Notes under the pieces: generated by a model | The model's input: the letters and a program-made list of their open reading frames with translations, nothing else | Database searches by the model: none | Told to the model about the DNA's origin: nothing | Program-made: the position numbers and the translations under genes | Source: Candidatus Micrarchaeota archaeon | GTDB lineage: Archaea; Micrarchaeota; Micrarchaeia; Anstonellales; Anstonellaceae | DNA length: 43,091 bases | NCBI GenBank assembly: GCA_021813025.1 | Contig: JAKAME010000003.1 | Location: forward strand, 1 to 43,091 | Reading direction: 5' to 3' | In this document: piece after piece, positions 15,206 to 22,546 of the stretch | Numbering within the stretch: position 1 is the stretch's first letter | Layout of the letters: each line of letters starts with the position of its first letter

Positions 15206-18200
15206 CTATTTCTTCGCAGGCCCCTTCTTTTCCTCAGGCTCAAGCGGCACTGCCTCCTCCGGCTCCTCTTCCTCCTTTTTGGGAGCCTGCTTTTGCGGAG
15301 CTTCCTTTTTCGGCTCGGTTTTGGCAGGAGGCGGCGTGACTTTCTTGGGCGTGGCCTTCTTCGGAGTCACCTCTCCGGCATCGGGTGTGCCGGTAGTTGG
15401 AGTCTCGGTGCCGATTGTAGTCTTGATGCTGGTTGGAGTGGTGGTGCCGGGCGTCTCGGTTTTCATCGGCTCGATTGGCTTGGGAGAAGGCGCGGGGTTC
15501 TGCTCCACGCGCGCCTTGTCAAGGTCAAGGTATTTCTGGCGCGCTGCGTTCGGGTCGCCGAACTTCTCCCACTGAAGCGGGCTGTAGCGGGTGTCTGTGT
15601 TGGGAAGATAGGTCCTGGTCTCCCCACTGGGCGTTTTCGTTTCGTAAGGCCCGCCGAACACGTAGGTGAATTGCAGCCTGACCCCAAAGTTTGACACCTG
15701 CCCCCAGTCAAGCTTGGAGAACATGTAGTCCACCGAAGCGCCGAGGCGGGCGTTGGGGCCTATTGGAGTGTAGGTCTGCAGTTGGGTGCGCAGGGTGGGG
15801 TTGAGGGTGCCCATGCCCGTGCCTGCATATCCTGCCTCCACGCTGAACTGGGTGTTGGTGCCGGGCAGCACCGAGCCGGAGTAGAGGCGGGCGAACAGGG
15901 TGGCCTCGCTCAGCTGCACTGCCGTGGCATTGGCTGAGAGGCTGGCCCCGAAGTCGCCGGCCAAATCCGCGAGGATGGGCACCGTGCGGCTGGCCATTAG
16001 GCGGAAGGGGATTGGAGGTATCCAGTTGCGGGTGATTTGGGGCATGTCGTTTATGGCATAGCTGACTGCGCGGTCCTTGTTGAACAGCTCGAACGCGGCC
16101 GTGTAGGGGGCGGAGGGAATGAAGATTGAGCCGACTATATCCAAGTCAACGCCAGTGCCGTTTGGGAACAGGCCAAGTAGGCGGGTGTCCTTCTCCTTGA
16201 ACCTCCAGTCAACCCTTATGTTGCCGAAAGGCATGATGTTCCTGCCGCCGATGAAGAGGCTGTCGATGCTCTGGTAGGTGCCAAGGCCGTTGCCATACAT
16301 GCCGCTCTCAAGGAAGGTGCCGGAGCCCTGCCCGCCAGAATACATCTGGGTGGAGAGATGCTCTGACATGAGCCTGAGCGCGTTGGCGCAATTGCCCGTG
16401 GCGCTGGTGGCATCTGCATTCGGGTTGTAGGGGTCTGAGTAGGTGATTATGAGGTCGGCGATGTCGCGGCCGGCCTTGTCGTTTGCAAGCAGCTTGTCCT
16501 TGAGCGCCTTGGCCGCCGCATTGATGGTCTGCGCGTTCTTCTGGCCGACAGGCGCTGACCACTGGGTGGCGAGCGGGGTCCAGGCGTTCCAGACCTCGCT
16601 GTTGTATTTGTAGTCGTAGGGGTTGCGGGTCCAGAACAGGCCCACTTCGGCCACGAAGTCCATGTTGAAGATTGAGCGGTCGCCCTCGTATTTGTAGAGG
16701 TTGAACTGCTCGTTGATTACGAACATGGAGGCGTTCACAAGCTTGGTGGTGAGCGGGAAGTTTGGATTGTAAATCGACTGGCCCAAGCCTGCCACGTCGC
16801 CGAGGGCCGGGCAGAAGGTCACCATCAGGCGGTTTTGGGGGTTGAAGGAGAATATGGCAGTGATGCCGTGCTGCCGCGCCGACTCGCCTATGCCGGCGAG
16901 CATGTCCATGGTCACGCCCCAGGCAGCCACTCCCCGCACAATGGTCGGATAGATTTCATTCGCAGGCTTTGATATGGTGAACCCGCGGGCCTCGTCTATC
17001 TTGTCGTCGAGCAGGGCGAGGGTTTTGGCGTCGGCCGGGTCGATGAGGTTGCGGGCCTGAATCAGCCAGCCCTTCCACAGCTGTCTTTCTGTGATGATTG
17101 CGCCCAAGGGGTCGAACTCGCGGATTTTGGAGATGGAGTCGAGGAAATCGTATGGCTTGTCTTTTAGAACCGGGTCCTGAGGCAGCTGGTCGGCAAGGCC
17201 GGGAGTGAAGAGCGCCTTGACTATGGAGTCCTTGTTCTGGTCGTGGATGTTTTGCAAGGTCGCGAGGTCGAATCCTGCCAGGTAATTGCTGCCGCCAACC
17301 GTCTTGGCGCCGAAGGCGTCGAACATGGGCTGATTCAGCAATCCGCTGCCAGCGAAGCGGTAGGCGTTGTACTGCCTGTCGCTCCAATAGGTGGCGCGCC
17401 GGGCATTTACGTAGTCCGAGAGCGGGCTGTAGCCAAGATTGGAGAACATGTCCACATAGCCGCCCGCGCTCTCGTTGCGCTGGCCGAAGAGCCCCTCTTT
17501 GCCTGAGTTGGCGTCGCCCCCGCCCTTGAGGATGTTCTTGGTGTAGCCGTAAGTGGGCACGCTGGTGAGCCCGGCCATGAGGCCGAGGCGGAATGGCGAG
17601 GGCTGGGGCAGGATGCGATTGTGCGTTTCAAATTCGGCCAGGGGCAGCCAGGCCTTCATCTCATACACTACAAGAGGCTTGCCGCCCGGGCCAATCATGT
17701 CGGGGATGCGGATTGCCTTGCGCAACTCCTTCACTTCATCGTGCGTCTTGACCTCATACGGGTTGCGGATTTCGACTATGTATTCGTGCGTCCCGTCGCC
17801 GCGGTCCACCACCTTGACGTCGGGCTGCACTGTGATGTTGTCGATTGGCTCGAAGCGGCCCGTGGGGGCGTTCCACACGCTGTTGGCCTGCATGGCCAGC
17901 TCCGCCAGCCGCTTTGAGAAGGCCGGGCCGTATTCCTTGCAGGCCGAGTCGCTGCGCACTATGACGTGCCAGAACACGCGCGCGTAGCCCTCGTCAAGCT
18001 CGTATGGAGTCCCGTCAGGTTTTGTGCCAACGCCCATTTTTGGCCTTGACTGGCTGGCGTCCACGTTGTGCTCCACGTTGAGCACGGGCCGATTGGAGGG
18101 CACGAACACAGTGCCGCGGCCGGTGTAGTCCATTGCCAGGTTGAAGGCCAGATAGCCGGCAACGTTCTGGACCGCAATCCAGCCCTCGCCCCCGTAAGCC

Positions 18201-19666
18201 TTGCCAGCCGTTTCCGGCGGCTCGCCTTCGGGGTGGCGGATTTCGCAGTTTTGGGCGATGGCGTATTTGAGCTTGAAATCAAAGAAGGCCTTGGCGGCAG
18301 CCGGCGAGTTTGAGGCTATCTGGCCCTTTACCGCCAGCAGCTCGCTCTGCGCGCGCTGGATGGAGGAGATGGCGTCCGGGCCGAGGATAATGGCGGAATG
18401 GCGCAGGACTTCTTCCTTCAGTTTTGCCTTGGCCTCAGCCACGTCGGCTTGCGCCTGCAGCTTGTTGGTCTTGGCCTTGTCTGCGATTGCTTTCTTTTTG
18501 TCCAAGTCATCGGAGAGCGAGCGGATGATGGCGAGAGGGCCGGCCGCGTCCGGCAGGGAGGAATCGCCCCCTCTTTTCTGGGCCGCCGACTCCACGGCCA
18601 GGCGCGCCTCCACTATGCTCTTGAGAGTCTCGAAAGAGTAGGCTTGGGGGCTGATGGAAGGGGCGAAGACCTCCTCGGCTACAACCATGTGGGCGTCAAT
18701 CTGGTCGCAGAGGAGCCTGCGGCCCTCCTCGCTGCCCATCATGCGGGAATCGTAGTATAGAGAGAGCGAGTAAGGCGCGCCCAGCTTGTTGCCTGTGTAC
18801 TCGCCGTTCTGCCAGCCCAGCTCGATGTTCTCGCTGCGCACCTTCTCTGCCGCTTTTTTCCAGTCTTTTTTGTATTCGCTGGGAGTGATGGAGGCGCCGG
18901 AATCGTCGGCAAAGCCGATGACGCGTCCGCCCTTGGCGTTCACGCCCAGGTTGCCTGCGAGAAGGCTTTTTTGCGCGCCGTCGAGGCCGGCTTTCACGCC
19001 TGCCAGCTCCGGGCCGTCGGAGGCTTTGCTGAAGGCGTTGCCCTCGAAAAACTCCTTGACCAGCGGGGCGGTCTTGTTGATTAGCCCGCTCTCGCCCTTG
19101 AGGCCTTCCGCCTTCTGCTCCATGAAGAGCGTGAGCCCGTCGGTGAGGATGCGGATGGACTGCTCGTCATCCACCACCGCCCATGCCGCCTGGGGAAAGA
19201 GCGCGGGCAGGATTCTGTGCAGCACGTCCGCCGACTCGTCCAGCTGGACCTGGTGCTCGTTGGTGAGCTGGTAGGTTGTGGCTATGGTGCGGGAAAACCA
19301 CAGCGGCTGGGCGCGCTGGCTTATGTCAAGCTGGCCGGCCGCGTCATAGCGGAAGATGTCGAAGTAGACTGGCTGGTTGGCGGGCTCGCCTTTGGCGTTG
19401 GTGTAGGCGGTGCCCTCTGAGTCCTGGCTGAAGAGGGGGCTGCTCTCGAATGGCTTTGGGTCTTTTTTCTTCTGGCCTTCCGGGATGGTTGCCGGCACGG
19501 TCCTGTGCTGGTCGACAAGAATGCCGCCGCCCCGCTTGAGCGACTCGATCTGCGCGCGCTGGTCATCAATCTGCTGCTTGGTGTTGTTGGCAGCTTCAAT
19601 CGCCTGGGAGGAAACCCTCTTTTCCTGGGTTTTCTGGGCTGGAGGCATAGCGACGACCGTTACCAC
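15206..19666 (-). CDS. Orphan 1486-aa protein with coiled-coil N-half, OMP-like beta-rich C-module and K/P/T/E-rich tail (cluster gene 2)
   Basis: 4.5-kb ORF. The start is GTG 19666 or ATG 19648, with a TATA-like CTTTTAAG at 19679-19688 on the minus strand. It contains the coiled-coil stretch KKKAIADKAKTNKLQAQADVAEAKAKLKEE. The beta-rich module ends in NFGVRLQFTYVF and is followed by a low-complexity tail. Confidence 0.75.
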   Translation of the reverse strand: MVTVVAMPPAQKTQEKRVSSQAIEAANNTKQQIDDQRAQIESLKRGGGILVDQHRTVPATIPEGQKKKDPKPFESSPLFSQDSEGTAYTNAKGEPANQPVYFDIFRYDAAGQLDISQRAQPLWFSRTIATTYQLTNEHQVQLDESADVLHRILPALFPQAAWAVVDDEQSIRILTDGLTLFMEQKAEGLKGESGLINKTAPLVKEFFEGNAFSKASDGPELAGVKAGLDGAQKSLLAGNLGVNAKGGRVIGFADDSGASITPSEYKKDWKKAAEKVRSENIELGWQNGEYTGNKLGAPYSLSLYYDSRMMGSEEGRRLLCDQIDAHMVVAEEVFAPSISPQAYSFETLKSIVEARLAVESAAQKRGGDSSLPDAAGPLAIIRSLSDDLDKKKAIADKAKTNKLQAQADVAEAKAKLKEEVLRHSAIILGPDAISSIQRAQSELLAVKGQIASNSPAAAKAFFDFKLKYAIAQNCEIRHPEGEPPETAGKAYGGEGWIAVQNVAGYLAFNLAMDYTGRGTVFVPSNRPVLNVEHNVDASQSRPKMGVGTKPDGTPYELDEGYARVFWHVIVRSDSACKEYGPAFSKRLAELAMQANSVWNAPTGRFEPIDNITVQPDVKVVDRGDGTHEYIVEIRNPYEVKTHDEVKELRKAIRIPDMIGPGGKPLVVYEMKAWLPLAEFETHNRILPQPSPFRLGLMAGLTSVPTYGYTKNILKGGGDANSGKEGLFGQRNESAGGYVDMFSNLGYSPLSDYVNARRATYWSDRQYNAYRFAGSGLLNQPMFDAFGAKTVGGSNYLAGFDLATLQNIHDQNKDSIVKALFTPGLADQLPQDPVLKDKPYDFLDSISKIREFDPLGAIITERQLWKGWLIQARNLIDPADAKTLALLDDKIDEARGFTISKPANEIYPTIVRGVAAWGVTMDMLAGIGESARQHGITAIFSFNPQNRLMVTFCPALGDVAGLGQSIYNPNFPLTTKLVNASMFVINEQFNLYKYEGDRSIFNMDFVAEVGLFWTRNPYDYKYNSEVWNAWTPLATQWSAPVGQKNAQTINAAAKALKDKLLANDKAGRDIADLIITYSDPYNPNADATSATGNCANALRLMSEHLSTQMYSGGQGSGTFLESGMYGNGLGTYQSIDSLFIGGRNIMPFGNIRVDWRFKEKDTRLLGLFPNGTGVDLDIVGSIFIPSAPYTAAFELFNKDRAVSYAINDMPQITRNWIPPIPFRLMASRTVPILADLAGDFGASLSANATAVQLSEATLFARLYSGSVLPGTNTQFSVEAGYAGTGMGTLNPTLRTQLQTYTPIGPNARLGASVDYMFSKLDWGQVSNFGVRLQFTYVFGGPYETKTPSGETRTYLPNTDTRYSPLQWEKFGDPNAARQKYLDLDKARVEQNPAPSPKPIEPMKTETPGTTTPTSIKTTIGTETPTTGTPDAGEVTPKKATPKKVTPPPAKTEPKKEAPQKQAPKKEEEEPEEAVPLEPEEKKGPAKK

Positions 19667-19759
19667 TGATTCGTGAGAGCTTAAAAGTCTTCAGCAAAAC
19701 CTCCGCGCAGGCTGGCGGGATTGCGCTCTACGGGGTTTTCTGCCCCGAATTTTGAGGGC

Positions 19760-21076
19760 CTATTTCACAAGCAGGCGGAACGCCGCGCCGGCCTTTTCGC
19801 CGCTGTCCCCGGCGATTTTGACGAAGCGGACCGGGTCCTGCGCGAAGAGCTGGTTTGTGCGCGGCTGGCAGAGGGCGTCGAAGGCGTCCCACGCATACCC
19901 GCCGCTGGCTTGGGCGATTTTCACGCACGCGTCGATGTTGCTGGCGAAGAGCTGCCTTGTGCCGGTATGGGAGAGGCTGTTGAAGGCCAGATAGGCGTAT
20001 ATGCCGCTTGCCTGCGAGATTTTCACGAAGGCGTCGATGTTCTGGGCGACGAACTCGGGGCTGAAGTTGGAGAGGGCGTAGAATGCGTCTGGGGCGTAGT
20101 GGCCGGTCGCCTGGGCGATTTTCACGCACGCGTCGGCGTTTTGGGCGAAAAGTTCCGGAACCGCGATGTTGATGGCGCGGAAGGTTTCGTGGGCATACTC
20201 GCCGCTCGCCTGCGAGATTTTCACGCACGCGTCTGGGTTCTGGACTATGAGCTTTGCGACGCTGGGGCGGGCGATGTCACCGAAGGTGAGATAGACGTTT
20301 CCGCCCGATGCGTGGGCTATTTTCACGAACGCGTCCACTACCTGCCAGGGGTTCTGGGCAAGGAGCTCGGAGAGGCAGGGGTCGGAGAGGGTGTTGAAGG
20401 CCAGATAGGCGTACTGGCCGGTAGCCTGGGAAAGCTTCACGCACCCGTCAAGGGTCTGGATGAGGAAGCGCGAGTCGAGGTTGGAGAGGGAAGAGAAGGC
20501 CCAGGAAGTGCCGCTGCCGCTTGCCTGCGAGATTTTCACGAACGCATCGAGGCTTTGGATGAAGAGCTTCTTGATTTCCTGCGTGTGGAGCGGGCGGAGG
20601 GCCCAGTAGGGATGATGCTCTCCCATGGCAGCCGTGATTTTGCCGACTGCGTCGCCTATGCGCCCGACATATGCGGGCGCGTCGCCCGACGCGAGAATTA
20701 TCTGGGCCATCTCGTCGGTGCAGAAGCCGCGGATTGTGACCGCGTTCACGTCGTGCTTTATCTTGCGGATGGTGAGGCGCATGTCCTCGGTCGCGGCGCT
20801 GTCTGGAAGAGAGGTCGGACTCGCTTCCGCAGTATTCTGCCCGTCCGGCAGGGTGGCTGGTTTCGTTCCGGCCGGGCTCGGCTGTTCCGGCATGGCCGGC
20901 GGCTTCGTCATGGTCGAGTCCTGCTGCGTTGCCGGAACATCTGATTTGGCTCCTGTCTCGTTCTGCCGCCCGGGCTGTGAATATGAGCGTACAATCGGAA
21001 TCTTGTCCTGCGCTTTGAGAAGGGAGATGCCTTCGGCGATGGGGGTGAAGAGCTGGGCTATGGACGAGACCGCCAC
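19760..21076 (-). CDS. Tandem-repeat protein with disordered P/T/S-rich N-terminus plus 8-9 x 33-38-aa repeats (cluster gene 1)
   Basis: GTG start at 21076. The repeat unit is D-A-[CF]-V-K-I-[SA]-Q-A-[ST]-G-x-Y-A-x-x-A-F-x-x-L-S...[AV]-Q-N. Units begin at aa 177, 210, 248, 282, 315, 348, 382 and 415. Confidence 0.7.
   Translation of the reverse strand: MAVSSIAQLFTPIAEGISLLKAQDKIPIVRSYSQPGRQNETGAKSDVPATQQDSTMTKPPAMPEQPSPAGTKPATLPDGQNTAEASPTSLPDSAATEDMRLTIRKIKHDVNAVTIRGFCTDEMAQIILASGDAPAYVGRIGDAVGKITAAMGEHHPYWALRPLHTQEIKKLFIQSLDAFVKISQASGSGTSWAFSSLSNLDSRFLIQTLDGCVKLSQATGQYAYLAFNTLSDPCLSELLAQNPWQVVDAFVKIAHASGGNVYLTFGDIARPSVAKLIVQNPDACVKISQASGEYAHETFRAINIAVPELFAQNADACVKIAQATGHYAPDAFYALSNFSPEFVAQNIDAFVKISQASGIYAYLAFNSLSHTGTRQLFASNIDACVKIAQASGGYAWDAFDALCQPRTNQLFAQDPVRFVKIAGDSGEKAGAAFRLLVK
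19763..20548 (-). repeat. Coding tandem repeat, period ~99-114 nt
   Basis: GA(T/G)TTTCACG(C/A)A(C/G)GCGTC-like cores recur on the plus strand near 19917, 20010, 20115, 20216, 20320, 20435 and 20530. They also generate the repetitive shadow ORF 19721..20944. Confidence 0.7.
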
Positions 21077-21154
21077 AAAATAGGAGACTGCACGAATGGT
21101 GCGGAACTTGCTGAATGTCTCCTTTGGTTTGAAAGATTTCAGCCAATCACCTAT

Positions 21155-21209
21155 AGCTCGCTAGACGAGCGAGTTAGTAATTTTATATGGATATTGTGGT
21201 ATAAAAAGC
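21155..21209 (-). promoter_or_regulatory. AT-rich spacer with two TATA-like boxes and a hairpin between pgk and the cluster
   Basis: The minus strand carries GCTTTTTATACC (21198-21209) and CCATATAAAATTA (21178-21190). These are followed by the hairpin CTCGCT-AGACG-AGCGAG (21155-21175), about 80 nt upstream of GTG 21076. Confidence 0.35.
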
Positions 21210-21244
21210 TATGTGATGGGAAGCGCACAGGCTGGCGCGGGGGT

Positions 21245-22543
21245 TTATGGGCCGCCAGCCCCCCTCTTGCCTGCTTTTTTCGCTCCTGATTTTGCGGCCC
21301 CCTTCTTCCCCCACTTTTGCAGCATCTCCACTCCGGGCAATTTCTCTCCGGACAGGTATTCAATCAGCGCCTTGCCTGAAAGCGAGACATAGCCCAAGTT
21401 GGAGCGCTCTATTCTGAATTTGTCGAGGGCAGATAGGGTGTGCCCGCCACCCAAGAGAGAGAAGCCCCCTGAGGAGGCGATTGCCTCCAGCACGGAGCGC
21501 GTTCCGTTCGCAAACTCGTCCTTTTCATACACCCCCATCGGCCCGTTCATCACAATCGAGCCTGCGGAGCGGATGAGGGAGGAGAAATGCCGCGAAGTGG
21601 CCGGCCCGATGTCCATGATGAGATATGGGGACGGAAGCCGCCCGGCATCAAGCATGGATGGGGCGCCATCCGCATCAACCACCACATCAATTGGCAGGAC
21701 AATCTTGCCAGAATGCTTGAGCAACAGCTCTTTGGCCTCGTCCAGTTTGGCCAGCGCCTCCTTTTTTGCCAAAAACTCCTTCGTCTGCCCCAATTCGCGG
21801 CCTGAGGCCAGCAGCATGAGGCTGCCCAGCAGCCCGCCGCAGAGGGCATAGTCAAGCTTTTTCGCCTCAAGCCATGCCTTGAGGATTGGCAGGGAGTCGT
21901 CCGGTTTTGCGCCCCCAAGAACAAAAACTACGGGGCGCTTCGGGCGGCTGAATTTGCCCAATGCCTCCAGCTCCTGCTCCATCACCCGGCCCGCGAGGCA
22001 GGGGACTTTTGAAAATCCCACCACCGATGCGTGCGCGCGGTGCGCGCAGGAGAAGGCGTCCAGAACAAAGACGTCGCAGAATGGGGAGAGATTTTTCACC
22101 AGCTCGCTTTTTCCCCCGTTTTTCTCGAATTTTGTTTCGTCGTCCAGATAGCGGACGTTTTGCAGAAGGACGACCTCGCCGTTTTTGAGCGAGCGAATGG
22201 CCGTCTTCGCATTTTCCCCGCACACGTCATCCACAAAACGAATGTGAGGGGCTTTTTTTCCTTCCGCGCGCGCCAGCTTCGCGGCTTCCCCCTCCAGCAG
22301 TTTGGCGTGCGGCGCAAGCGAGGTGAAATCCTCATCCCCTTTCCTTCCCTGATGGGCCAGAAGCACGGTTTTCGCCCCCATTGAGGCCAAATCAAGGACC
22401 GTTCGCGCATGCGCGCTGATGCGGGGCGAGAGCTGGGGCTGTTTCTTCCCATCGAGCGGGCAGTTGAGGTCGATGCGGCAGAAAACGGCGCGCCCCGAAA
22501 GGGACAGGTCATCCAAAGTCAGGAACTGGCGGCCTGCGGCCAT
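21245..22543 (-). CDS. pgk: Phosphoglycerate kinase, archaeal type, with Lys-rich C-terminal extension
   Basis: Motifs RIDLNCPL, LLAHQGRKG and LLGGGHT. GGAGG lies 7 nt upstream of ATG 22543; the ORF track starts one codon earlier at a TTG. The tail is KWGKKGAAKSGAKKAGKRGAGGP. Confidence 0.9.
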   Translation of the reverse strand: MAAGRQFLTLDDLSLSGRAVFCRIDLNCPLDGKKQPQLSPRISAHARTVLDLASMGAKTVLLAHQGRKGDEDFTSLAPHAKLLEGEAAKLARAEGKKAPHIRFVDDVCGENAKTAIRSLKNGEVVLLQNVRYLDDETKFEKNGGKSELVKNLSPFCDVFVLDAFSCAHRAHASVVGFSKVPCLAGRVMEQELEALGKFSRPKRPVVFVLGGAKPDDSLPILKAWLEAKKLDYALCGGLLGSLMLLASGRELGQTKEFLAKKEALAKLDEAKELLLKHSGKIVLPIDVVVDADGAPSMLDAGRLPSPYLIMDIGPATSRHFSSLIRSAGSIVMNGPMGVYEKDEFANGTRSVLEAIASSGGFSLLGGGHTLSALDKFRIERSNLGYVSLSGKALIEYLSGEKLPGVEMLQKWGKKGAAKSGAKKAGKRGAGGP

Positions 22544-22546
22544 CAA

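Noticed and set aside
19721-20944. 407-aa plus-strand ORF with its own striking repeat (LGDFHARV...)
   Set aside because: It is the mirror image of the real minus-strand tandem repeat. It is R/G/E/V-rich with no plausible start context. The repeat periodicity is inherited from the opposite strand.
5509-21076. Interpretation of the six-gene cluster as a provirus or integrated plasmid
   Set aside because: No integrase, terminase, portal or packaging ATPase P-loop is present. I recognised no capsid-like signature. No att-type duplication of the nearby tRNA exists, and the GC content by eye resembles the housekeeping half. A very divergent viral structural module cannot be fully excluded without fold searches.
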